64,000 bases of DNA, taken from assembly GCA_963727445.1 (NCBI GenBank), contig CAVSGI010000008.1:352001-416000 (forward strand), given 5' to 3'. Under the pieces are notes generated by a model, which saw only the letters and a list, made by a program, of their open reading frames with translations, was not told the DNA's origin and searched no databases. A program made the translations under genes and the position numbers. Below are positions 29,187 through 39,903 of the stretch, piece after piece; the first letter of the stretch is position 1, and each line of letters starts with the position of its first letter. This DNA comes from an uncultured delta proteobacterium. Its GTDB lineage: Bacteria > Myxococcota_A > Polyangia > Polyangiales > B10-G4.

Positions 29187-30317
29187 ATGGACCTTCAGGG
29201 ACAGAACGGCCTGATGCACACCTATCGCGAGGGGTGGCGCAGCCGCGGTCCGCTCGGCATCGCGATCGCGGTCGGCCTCATTGGCTTCTATCTCGTGCTC
29301 TATTTCGAAGACAAGCTCGAGCGCTACGCGGGGCTTCGCCCCTTGTCCGATCTCGCGGAGCATCTGGGCCTGCGCAACCGCTGGTACCTCTATGGGCTGC
29401 TCTACTCCGTCGCGATGATCGGCGGCGCCGTCTACTACCTCCGTCGCCACGGCAACAGCCGCTACAACCGCGTTCGCATCGCGGTCAACGTGGGCGTCCA
29501 GGTGGTGCTGGCGTTTCTGCTGCCCTTCGTGATGCCGCTCTTCGGCGGCACCGAGTTCTACGCGAGCTACTTCTGGCCGCTGAAGTACGACTACTTCTAC
29601 CCCAGCACCCTCGCCGACCTGCCCGTGTACCTGGCCGTCTACACCGTCGTCGGCTCCCTGATCGCCGCCCCCATCCTCGCGCTCTTCTACGGGAAGCGCT
29701 GGTATTGCTCCTGGGTCTGCGGCTGCGGCGGGCTGGCCAACACCTTCGGCGACCCCTTCCGTCACCTCACCAGCAAGTCCACACGGAGCTGGCGCTTCGA
29801 GCTGTACTCGATCCACACGGTTCTCGCGCTCACCCTCGTCACCACCGCGCTCATCGCGATCGACTACCTCGCTGGCGAGGCTCACCCGACCTTCCACGCC
29901 TTCGTCTCCGGGCAGCGCTGGGACGACTGGTCGCTGAAGTACCTCTATGGCCTGGTGGTGGGCTCCATCCTCGCCGGCGTGGTGGGCGTCGGCTTCTATC
30001 CGCTCTTCGGCCCGCGGGTCTGGTGTCGCAACTTCTGCCCGATGGCGGCGCTGCTGGGCTGGGTGCAGAAGCTCGGACGCTTCCGGATCCGCGTGAAGCC
30101 CGACATGTGCATCAGCTGCGGCAACTGCACGACGTACTGCGAGATGGGCATCGACGTCCGGAGCTACGCGCAGGCCAACGAGAGCTTCACCCGCGCCGCC
30201 TGCGTCGGCTGTGGGATGTGCGCCCACGTCTGTCCGCGCGGCGTCCTCAAGCTCGAGAACAGGGCGCCTGCGCATCCGGACGAGAAGAAGCGACGGCTAC
30301 CGATCGCCGATTTCTGA
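29187..30317 (+). CDS. Polytopic membrane 4Fe-4S protein (NapH/MauN-like)
   Basis: Several TMs; CSWVCGCG and CRNFCP; CISCGNCTTYC and CVGCGMCAHVCP. Confidence 0.9.
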   Translation: MDLQGQNGLMHTYREGWRSRGPLGIAIAVGLIGFYLVLYFEDKLERYAGLRPLSDLAEHLGLRNRWYLYGLLYSVAMIGGAVYYLRRHGNSRYNRVRIAVNVGVQVVLAFLLPFVMPLFGGTEFYASYFWPLKYDYFYPSTLADLPVYLAVYTVVGSLIAAPILALFYGKRWYCSWVCGCGGLANTFGDPFRHLTSKSTRSWRFELYSIHTVLALTLVTTALIAIDYLAGEAHPTFHAFVSGQRWDDWSLKYLYGLVVGSILAGVVGVGFYPLFGPRVWCRNFCPMAALLGWVQKLGRFRIRVKPDMCISCGNCTTYCEMGIDVRSYAQANESFTRAACVGCGMCAHVCPRGVLKLENRAPAHPDEKKRRLPIADF

Positions 30318-33300
30318 CGGTGCGCTCGGCGAAAAGTCGCCGAGGCGACGCTTTGCCTCGATGAGAATGATCGCGTTCGCGTCGATGTTCTCGAGGAAGC
30401 TCCGGCGCATCTCGGGATCGGCGATGTTCGAAGCGCGAGAGAGCAGGCGGGCCCGCGCGGCGGCGAGCACCTCCTCCGCCGCCTTCGTGCTGCCGGACGC
30501 ATCCAGGGCGCGGTAGAGGCCGAGTCGGGCGAGTCCCTCTCCGCGACCGGCTTGAGCCAGCGCCTTCGACACCACCCCCGTCAGGATTTCGATCGCCTCG
30601 GTGTACCGCCCCAGCTCCACCAGCACCGTGCCGAGAATGCCGCTCGAAAAGAGGGCGGCCACGGCTTCTGGCTCCACACCGGCGATGTTCTCGCGGGCGG
30701 CTTCGGCGGCCTCCTCGCGGCGTCCCGCTCGCCACAAGCAGAACGCGTAGTAGCCCTGGGCCACGCGCTGGGTGAAGTAGTCGCCGCTCTCTTTGGCCTC
30801 GAAGAGGATCTTCTGGATCATCGGCATCGCGGGCCCCACCTCACCGATCAGAACGCTGACGTGCGCGAGCTGAAGCTCCGCGTGACGAAGAGTCTGCGTA
30901 TCGGAGACCTCGTCCGCGATCTTCCGCGCGCGTGACAGCAACTCGATCGCGCGATCGTAGTAGCCGAGCTCGGTGAAGCCGAAGGCCATCGCCACCAATT
31001 GCCACGCCGCCTTTCCTCGCTCGCCGAGCCGTTCGAAGGCAGCGTAGGCCGCGGCGCAGTTCTCGATGTGATATTCGAGGTCACCGTGTGTGTAAGCGAG
31101 CCGAGCGCGCACGGTCCCGAGAGCAGCGATCGCCCATGGCTCGCCCGACTCCCCGAACGCGCTCTCCATGCGCTCGATGAGCGACTGCGCCAGCTGCTCG
31201 GGCCCGTTGTTGATGAGGTTGAAGGTGGTCGACGCGAGGGCGCTCGCGAGCGCAGGCGTCCGCAGCACCTCCGTGGGCGCCTCGGCCAGCGCCCTGGCGT
31301 CGTCGGGCGCGTCCGACGCACGGCGCACGGTCCGCGCGGCGACTCGTTCACCGAGCACCGCCCACCACTCTGGGCTCTTTTCGGGAAGCGCTCCGAGCGC
31401 CGCGGTGAAGCGCTCTTCGGCCTCGTCGAGCTGACCCAGCTTGACGTGTGCGCGACCCGCGAGGGCGAGCAACGGTCCGTGCGTCCACTCGTCGGCGCCA
31501 ATCTCGAGGGCACGCCCGACGCGGCTGAGCACCGCCATCGGGTCGTTGGCTGCCCACGCTTCGCCAGCGGCCTTGAGGAGCTGCTTCGCGGCCTCCGCGC
31601 GACGGTCGGCGTGGATCAGATGGTGGGCGAGGACGTCGGGCTCGGGATCGTCGCGCGCCGCTTCGAAGTCCGCCGCGAGGGTGTGCCCCGCCACCCGGTC
31701 TTCGGCGGAGAGCGACGCGTAGGCCGCGTCACGGAAGAGACTCTGACGGAAGCGATAGGCGTGCGCGTCCGACTCCCGATTGGTTCCGAGGGGGCGGATG
31801 ATCTCGGCGCGCACCAACGCCGAAAGCGCCCCCTCGAGCTCCTGACGATCGAACCCCACCCCGAGCAGACTCCCCACGCCCTCCACCCGGAAGGTCTCGC
31901 CGAAGATGCTCGCGGCCCGGACCACCGCGCGGAGCTTGGGGTCGAGGCGCTCGAGGCGCGAGGACAACACCGTCGCCAGCGACGCGGGGAGCATCCCTTC
32001 GGAAAGATCCTGTTCGATCGTCGCGCGGAGCAGCTCCTCCAGCTGAAGCGGATTGCCGTCGGCGAGGCGGACGATGCGGTCGACCATCACGTCGTTCGCC
32101 CGATCGCCGAGGACCCGCCGCGCGAAGGCTTCCGAGTCGCGCGGGGTGAGCCTGCGCAGACGAAGGATGGTGAGATCCCAATCGGTCGCTAGCAAGGGCA
32201 GGAGCTCGCGCGCGCGGGGCCTGCCGAAGGCCATGATGAGCAGGGGCGCGTCGTCGCGCCGCACCACCCCTTCGAAGACGCGGAAGGTCGCGAGATCACC
32301 GTTGTGGATGTCCTCGACGACAAGCACCAGCGGCGCCCGCTGGGTCACGGCGTCCACCAGCTCGGTGAACGCATGACGGATGCGGTGGTGCAGAACCTCG
32401 GGGTTCTCGCGCGCCGCCACGAGCTCATGGTCCTCTTCGTTGGCGATGTCGATCGCTTCGGCCAGGTAGGGCTCCACCTCGTGGATCCGGTCGATGGGCA
32501 GGAGCTCCACCAGCGAATCCCGGAGCGCCGAACGCTGAGACTCGACATCCTCGACCTCGGCGAGGAAGGCGCGCCCCAGCATCTGACGCAGCACGTGCAG
32601 AGGAACGCCGCGGCGCATCTCGTCGCCCCTCGCAAACCAGATGATGGGCGGTGACTCGAGCTCGGCGAAGCGGCTGAGGAGCTCGTGGCGAACGCGCGAC
32701 TTGCCGACACCCGGATCGCCGGTGACCGCGACGGTTCGCGGAAAGCGCTCGGTGAAGCACTCGTCGGCGAGATTCTATCAGTCGCTCCATGAAGCGCTCG
32801 CGTCCGACGAAGGGCGACGACCGTCCGAGGGACACCGGCGTCGCGATGTCCATCTCGCCGAGAAGCACGTTGACGCCGTCGCGCTCCTCCACCTCGAAGC
32901 GCGCGCGCAGGAGACGCGCGGTCGCCGCGTCCACGGCGATCCCGCTCCGGTCGAGCTGGGCGGCTGCCGCGGACAGCAGAGACACGGCCCGGTCGATCAC
33001 CTCGCCCACCGGGAGCCCCGCGCCCGCGCGCGTCCAACCGGTGGCGAGCGACATCGGCGTCTCGGGTGACGCCTGGCGCACGGCGAGCGCCACCGAAGCC
33101 GCGCGCTCCACGCGATCCATGGCCTCGCCACCGCCCTCGAGAACCAGGACGCTGGTTCCGTCGGCGAGGGACTCGAGGCGCACCTCACGGGTGCGCGCCA
33201 CCTCGCGAATGACGCGGAGCCGCTCTTCGCTCTCGCCCGAGAGCATGGTCTCCGCGCTGGCAGGGTCGGGGACGCCAGCGAGGATCACGCTGACCACGCG

Positions 33301-34176
33301 CCGCTCGCTCGGGGTGAAGGAGCGATGCATGATCGGCATGTCGCTCGTCGATCCCGTCTCCCGGCGGATCGCGTCGAGCTCCTCCAGCACCAGGCCGGCG
33401 TGGGCCGGGCGGTCTGCGGGGTGCTTGGAGAGCATGCGCAGCAGGAGGTCGTCGAGAGCCGAGGGGACGTCGGTGCGATACGCCGAAGCGCGTGGGGGGT
33501 CCGCCAGGAGCAGCTTGGCGAGGATCGCGACCAGGTGCTCGCCGGCAAACGCCTGCCGGCCGGTGATGCATTCGAACAGGACGCAGCCGAGGGCGAAGAC
33601 GTCGGAGGCCGGCCCGACGTCGCTGTCACCGCGCGCCTGCTCGGGGCTGGTGTAGCCCGGCGTGCCCACCAGGATGCCTGTCTTGGTGAGGGCGCGGGTG
33701 GACTCGAGAACCCGGGCGATGCCGAAGTCGAGGATGCGCGCTTCGTTCGAAACGCCGCCCACCAGGAAGATGTTCTCCGGCTTCAGATCGCGGTGGACGA
33801 TGCCGCGCTCGTGCGCGACCGCCAGGGCGGCGGCGAGCCGCGTCCCCAGGGACATCGACTCCTCGTAACCGAGCGCGCCGCGCTCGAGGCGCGCTGCGAG
33901 GTCTTCTCCCTCGAGCCAATCCATCGCGAGGTAGAGCTCGCCCTCTGCCGTGATCCCGTGATCGACGTGACGGACGATGTGTGGATGGTCGAGCGTGGAC
34001 AGCACCTGCGCCTCGCGCACGAAGCGTTCGCTCGCGAGCCCGCGCGTATGCAGGACCTTGACGGCGACGTCGACGTTCCGGTGCAGATCGCGCGCCCGCC
34101 AAACCTCTCCCATGCCGCCCTTCCCGGCGACGGCGATGAGCTCGAAGCGGTCCGCGATCCGTGTTCCGGGCTCCAT
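30297..34176 (-). CDS. Ser/Thr kinase - degenerate cyclase-like domain - P-loop ATPase - TPR-like protein, frameshifted by one extra base at 32773-32774
   Basis: Kinase motifs GKGGMG, HRDLKPEN, DFG; deleting one base restores FVGRE...GDPGVGKS (Walker A) in frame with LVLVVEDIH (Walker B), GNPL and a helical C-terminus; 1292 aa. Confidence 0.88.
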
Positions 34177-34250
34177 GGGGTCGCACAGTATCCAACAAGG
34201 CTGGGCGCTTGTCAGTTCGGGTCTCGGACCGTGCGGGGTACATTGTCCAC

Positions 34251-34673
34251 ATGGACGACGACGCCGAAGCGGTACGCCTGGCCAACGAGGCCTTCTATCG
34301 GGCCTTTCGCGGGCGCAGCTTCGCGGCGATGGAAGCGATCTGGGCGAAGAACGCACCGGTTGCGTGCATGCATCCGGGGATGGACGTGATCCGCGGGCGC
34401 GTCGAGGTCCTCAAGAGCTGGCGCGGCATCCTCTCCCACGAGGGCTCGCCCCAGCTGGTCTGCGACCGCGTCGAGGTGCATCTCGTGGGAGACGTCGCCT
34501 ACGTCACGTGCCTCGAAGGAACGGCGGGCGACCCCCCCGCGCTCATCGCGACCAACATCTACGTCCGCGAGGACCGTACCTGGCGCATGCTTCTGCACCA
34601 GGCGGGGCCCCTGAGCCGCAAGGGCCGCATGGAGCCCCTGCCCAGCCCGCCCGATCCGAAGACCTGGAACTGA
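34251..34673 (+). CDS. SnoaL/NTF2-like protein
   Basis: ANEAFYRAF...CMHPG...ATNIY...WRMLLHQA. Confidence 0.88.
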   Translation: MDDDAEAVRLANEAFYRAFRGRSFAAMEAIWAKNAPVACMHPGMDVIRGRVEVLKSWRGILSHEGSPQLVCDRVEVHLVGDVAYVTCLEGTAGDPPALIATNIYVREDRTWRMLLHQAGPLSRKGRMEPLPSPPDPKTWN

Positions 34674-34674
34674 C

Positions 34675-35467
34675 TCACTTGCACTCGATACGGAGCGCGA
34701 AGCGGCGCAGGCGCCCCGAGTCGTCGTCGAGCTCGTCGCTGATGCGCAGCCGCCACTCACCCCGCGCTTGACGTCCCTCGAGGGAGCGCACGGTGTAGGT
34801 GCGGAAGGGATTGCGCTGCTGCTGATTCTGCAGGGTGACGCCGCCCCCCTCCGGCGGGTTGAGGCGCACGATGAGGTCTCGGTTGTAGCTGTGGTTGCCG
34901 CCGACGGTGACCCGAATCGAATTGATGACGCAGTCCTCCTCCACCGTCGCGGTCGCGCCGACGGAGGAGTGGTCGCGGATGGCCCCACCGCCGTGGCCCG
35001 TGATCTCGAGCACCCGACCGCCGCCCTCGGCGCCGCCTTCGGTGCCGCCTTCGGTGCCGCCTCCCTGGCCGACCGGCGCCAGTGCTGCCGTGATGTTGAT
35101 GACGCCGTTGACCGGCGCGGCCTGGATGGTCGTCGACTGAAAGCCGTCCTTGGTGAAGACGAAGTCGAAGGTCTGCGGCGGCTGCCCCGGCTGAGGCGCG
35201 GGGACCGGCACCTGCGTGGACAGGGGCGTCTGCCCGAGGGGACGCCCGCCACCCGTGACGCTCGCGCCGGGCGGATTGCTGTTCGCCGAGACGGTCACCA
35301 TCACCAGCCCCGGGGGCGCCGTCGGCGCCACCGGCACCGGGGCCACCGTCGTCCCGCCGACGGGAGGCGGCGGCGGTCGGATCGTCACCCTGACCGAGAA
35401 GATCGACGAGACCGCAACCCGTGAGGACCAGAGCGCAGGCGGCCGCGAAGAGGAGCAAACGAGCCAT
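34675..35467 (-). CDS. Lipoprotein with PEGA-like and proprotein-convertase P-like domains, apparently frameshifted near 35377
   Basis: Signal MARLLLFAAACALVLTGC is one base out of frame with PPPP...SNPPGASV...GQTP and HSYNRDL...GEWRLRISD; 263 aa if repaired. Confidence 0.75.
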
Positions 35468-35548
35468 GAGCCACGGTCTGTTTACCACAAGGCGCTCACC
35501 GATGGCCCCGAACTTGCGTGAGAGGATCGCTCCACGCAGGCTTGGAAC

Positions 35549-36709
35549 ATGCGGCTCCTGTTGATCCTGGCGCTCACCGCCTGCGGCGCGACCGAGGGCC
35601 CGCAGCGCCCGGGGCCGGGGGAAGAGGAGGCGACCACCGCTCCGCGGATGGAGACGGAGACGGAGGCGGAGACCGAGACGGCCTCGGAGACGGAGACGGC
35701 CCCGGAGACCGAGACGGCCCCGGAGACCGAGACGGCCCCGGAGGCGGAGACGGCCGCGGAGACCGAGACCGCAACCGACCCCCTCGCCCCCGACGAGATC
35801 TCCGTCGCCGAGCTCCTCGCCCTCACCGGCTCGGCCTCTACCTCGACAGGCAACCCCAACGACGGCGGTCTGACGGGTGGCGTGCCGCTGCCGGCCACGG
35901 GCCCCGGCCTCCGCTCGAATCCGGTCCGGCCCAACCGCGGCGGTTACTACGGCACGGTCGAGATGGTGCAAGCCCTGGTGCGGGCGGCCGCCGTGGTGAA
36001 CGAAGAGATGCCAGGCAGCGAGCTCACCATCAACGATCTGTCCCTCCGAGAGGGCGGTCCCATCCCCCATCACGGCTCACATCAGGCCGGGCGCGACGTC
36101 GACGTCCTCTTCTACTACCTCGACGAAGAAGGCCAGCCGATGCGCGCCAAGGGCGTCCCGGTCGACCCCGAGGGGCGCGGCTTCGACTTCGGCGACCTCG
36201 CCGATCCGAGCGACGACGTGCCGATGCAGATCGACGTTCCGCGTACCTGGCGCTTCGTCCAAGCGTTGATCGAAGAGGAGCACACCGAGGTCCAACGCAT
36301 CTTCGTGGTGGAGCACGTGCGCGAGATGCTCCTCGCACACGCACGACGGGCGCACGCCCCCGGCCGGGCCATCCAGCGCTTCGACCAGATGAGCTGCCAG
36401 CCCTCCTATCCCCACGACGACCACCTGCACGTCCGCTTCTTCTGCACCGCGGAGGACATTCGCGAGGGGGGTTGCGAGGACACCTATCCGATGTACGGCT
36501 GGCATCGGCGTGCGATCCGGGCCGAGGGCGAGACGCCGGTCATCGGGCGCGGTCGACGGCGGCGCCGCGCGGCGACGATGGCGCGGACCGTCTCGCGGGA
36601 AGAGGCGCGCGAAGCCGCCGGCCCGATGGACGCGGCGGTGACCGCGTGGCTCGACCGGCGCGAAGCGTGGGCGGACAAGCCCAGCCCCGGCCGGCCGTGG
36701 TGTCCTTGA
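35549..36709 (+). CDS. Penicillin-insensitive murein endopeptidase (MepA-like) lipoprotein
   Basis: Lipobox LTAC; ET-rich linker; DLSLREGG, HGSHQAGRDVD, HDDHLHVR. Confidence 0.88.
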   Translation: MRLLLILALTACGATEGPQRPGPGEEEATTAPRMETETEAETETASETETAPETETAPETETAPEAETAAETETATDPLAPDEISVAELLALTGSASTSTGNPNDGGLTGGVPLPATGPGLRSNPVRPNRGGYYGTVEMVQALVRAAAVVNEEMPGSELTINDLSLREGGPIPHHGSHQAGRDVDVLFYYLDEEGQPMRAKGVPVDPEGRGFDFGDLADPSDDVPMQIDVPRTWRFVQALIEEEHTEVQRIFVVEHVREMLLAHARRAHAPGRAIQRFDQMSCQPSYPHDDHLHVRFFCTAEDIREGGCEDTYPMYGWHRRAIRAEGETPVIGRGRRRRRAATMARTVSREEAREAAGPMDAAVTAWLDRREAWADKPSPGRPWCP

Positions 36710-36718
36710 GCGCCGGCT

Positions 36719-37564
36719 CTACGCGTTCGGGCCGAACGAGACGATGATGTAGCCGCCGGACTTGTCGTCCTTCTGGATCTCGAGCAGGCCCCGCGAGCGC
36801 GCGTCCTCGAGAAGCTCGTTGAAGCTGCGGTAGCCGTGGTAGCTCTCGCTGAAGTTGGGGCGCTTGCGCTTGAGGGTCTGCTTGACCATCGAGCCCCACA
36901 GGTTGTCGTCGCGGTCGCGGAAGAGCGAGTCGACCGTGTCCAGCACCATCTCGAGGGCGCGCTCCTTCTGCTCGTCCGTCGTTCCGTCGGCCTTGCCGTT
37001 CGGCTCGGCTTCGACCTTCTTCGGCTGCTTGTCGCTGCTCTGCTTGTCGCCGCTCTTCTTGCCCTTGCGCCGCGCCTGTCGCTTCTGGCCGGGCCGATTG
37101 CGAACGAGGTCGTCGTAGTAGATGAACTCGTCGCAGTTGTCGATCGACAGATCGGAGCTCGAGTTCTTCACGCCGAGCCCGATGACCTTCTTGTTGTTCT
37201 CGCGGAGCTTGCTCACCAGGGGCGAGAAGTCGCTGTCGCCCGAGATGATGCAGAAGACGTCGACGTGGCCCTTCGTGTAACAGAGGTCGAGGGCGTCCAC
37301 GACCATGCGGATGTCCGCCGAGTTCTTCCCGCTGTAGGACACGTGCGGGATCTCGATGAGCTCGAAGGCCGCCTCGTGAAGCGAGCGCCGGTCGGACTTG
37401 TATCGTTCCCAGTCGGCGTAGGCCTTCTTGACGACGATCTTCCCTTTGTCGAGCAGCCGCTCGAGAACCAGGCTGATGTCGAAGCGGTCGTACTTGGCGT
37501 CGCGCACACCGATGGCGACGTTCTCGTAGTCTGCGAAGATCGCGATATTGGGAGCAAAGTCCAT
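36719..37564 (-). CDS. NYN (LabA/DUF88) domain protein with C-terminal OST-HTH/LOTUS
   Basis: FADYEN, KAYADW, GKNSADI, SGDSDFSPL; GSMVKQTL...FSESYHGYRSFNELL. Confidence 0.92.
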   Translation of the reverse strand: MDFAPNIAIFADYENVAIGVRDAKYDRFDISLVLERLLDKGKIVVKKAYADWERYKSDRRSLHEAAFELIEIPHVSYSGKNSADIRMVVDALDLCYTKGHVDVFCIISGDSDFSPLVSKLRENNKKVIGLGVKNSSSDLSIDNCDEFIYYDDLVRNRPGQKRQARRKGKKSGDKQSSDKQPKKVEAEPNGKADGTTDEQKERALEMVLDTVDSLFRDRDDNLWGSMVKQTLKRKRPNFSESYHGYRSFNELLEDARSRGLLEIQKDDKSGGYIIVSFGPNA

Positions 37565-37612
37565 CGCGTTGGCTGTTAACACGGCCTCTGGGCAGGGGCC
37601 ACCCTCGAAGCG

Positions 37613-38689
<1,077 letters not shown>

Positions 38690-38720
38690 CGACCGCACCC
38701 TACCCGGCTATAGTCCACCG

Positions 38721-39719
38721 GTGAAGCGCCGCATCTGGTCCGAGCTCCTGTCGCCCGAGGAGGCGACGGCTCCCCGCGTCCTGTCGCTCCTGGCAGAGGC
38801 GGACATCCAGCTCCTGATGGCAATCTTTCCCCATACCCGGGACCGGGCGCGCCACGTGTTGCAGGCCTGCCGGGAGGCCGGGGTCTCGGTCGGGCTCTGG
38901 CCCATGCTCTCGGACGAGGCGGGGCGGTGGGCCTCGGTGGACAACGGCGAGCAGTACGCGGCCTTCGTGCGCCAGCTCCTGAGCGCGCTCGGCGACCAGA
39001 TGCCGGACACCTTCGCCATCAATCTCGAGCCGCCCATCGCCGAGGTCCGGCAGATCCTCGACCGAAACCCGCGCGCCCTGCTCCGACGCGCCATCGGACG
39101 CGAACCGCGCCCCGAAGGCGCCCGCGCGCTCGTCGAGATCGTCGACGAGGTCAACGCGCGCGGGGTGGAGACGCTGGCAGCGCTGGTGCCGCCCCTCGGC
39201 ACCGGCTGGGCGCTGGGCCGCGGCTTCGAAAACGCGATCGGCGCGCCGCTGTCCGCGCTGCGTCTCTCGCGCGCAGGACCGATGCTCTACACCACGCTGC
39301 TGACCGGCTACGGACGCGGCGTCGTTCGCCGCCGCGACGCGACCAGCCTGCTCGCCATGCTCGCCGAGGCCACGCAGAGGCAGATGGGCGCGCGCGCGAC
39401 CCTCTCCCTCGGCACCGTGGGCACGGGCGCCCTCGGCGACGAGCGCATCTACGACGGTCCGCAGGACCTCGCCCTCGACGTCGCGGTCGCGCGCGCGGCG
39501 GGCGTCGACAATCTGGCGCTCTTCGATCTCGGCGGTGTCCTCGGCCGACCGCCCACCGCCGCCTGGCTCCGCGCCTTCGTCGACACGCCGCCCGCAAAGG
39601 AACCGGTTCGCCTGTCCAAACGCGCGCGCGTTCTTCGCGGAGCGGCGTTGACCCTGGGCGTGGCGCTCAGCGGCCTCGCCGCGACTGCACAATCTGGTAG
39701 ACGCCCAGACCGGCGATGA
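38721..39719 (+). CDS. Hypothetical protein (alpha/beta pattern)
   Basis: Long ORF with GC3 bias; start uncertain (38682 or GTG 38721). Confidence 0.7.
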   Translation: MKRRIWSELLSPEEATAPRVLSLLAEADIQLLMAIFPHTRDRARHVLQACREAGVSVGLWPMLSDEAGRWASVDNGEQYAAFVRQLLSALGDQMPDTFAINLEPPIAEVRQILDRNPRALLRRAIGREPRPEGARALVEIVDEVNARGVETLAALVPPLGTGWALGRGFENAIGAPLSALRLSRAGPMLYTTLLTGYGRGVVRRRDATSLLAMLAEATQRQMGARATLSLGTVGTGALGDERIYDGPQDLALDVAVARAAGVDNLALFDLGGVLGRPPTAAWLRAFVDTPPAKEPVRLSKRARVLRGAALTLGVALSGLAATAQSGRRPDRR

Positions 39720-39837
39720 CCGCGCCGAGGCCCGCCAGGGCTTCCCAGCTGTTGGTACCGAGCAGCGTGAAGTTCTTGCTGAGCCCAGCGCCGACCATCG
39801 CGAGGCCCATCACCACGTTGAAGATGCCGACGCCCAT
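39667..39837 (-). CDS. Small two-TM membrane protein (56 aa)
   Basis: MGVGIFNVVMGLAMVGAGLS...LAGLGAVIAGLGVYQIV. Confidence 0.65.
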   Translation of the reverse strand: MGVGIFNVVMGLAMVGAGLSKNFTLLGTNSWEALAGLGAVIAGLGVYQIVQSRRGR

Positions 39838-39903
39838 CGATGCGGAGGATACACGATCGGCGTCCCTTGCATGGCAGCGGTGGCGAGGAGACCATGCGTG
39901 GGG

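Noticed and set aside
36719..37564. NYN protein as a toxin or defence nuclease
   Set aside because: Ordinary LabA/DUF88 plus OST-HTH architecture with no antitoxin or defence neighbours.
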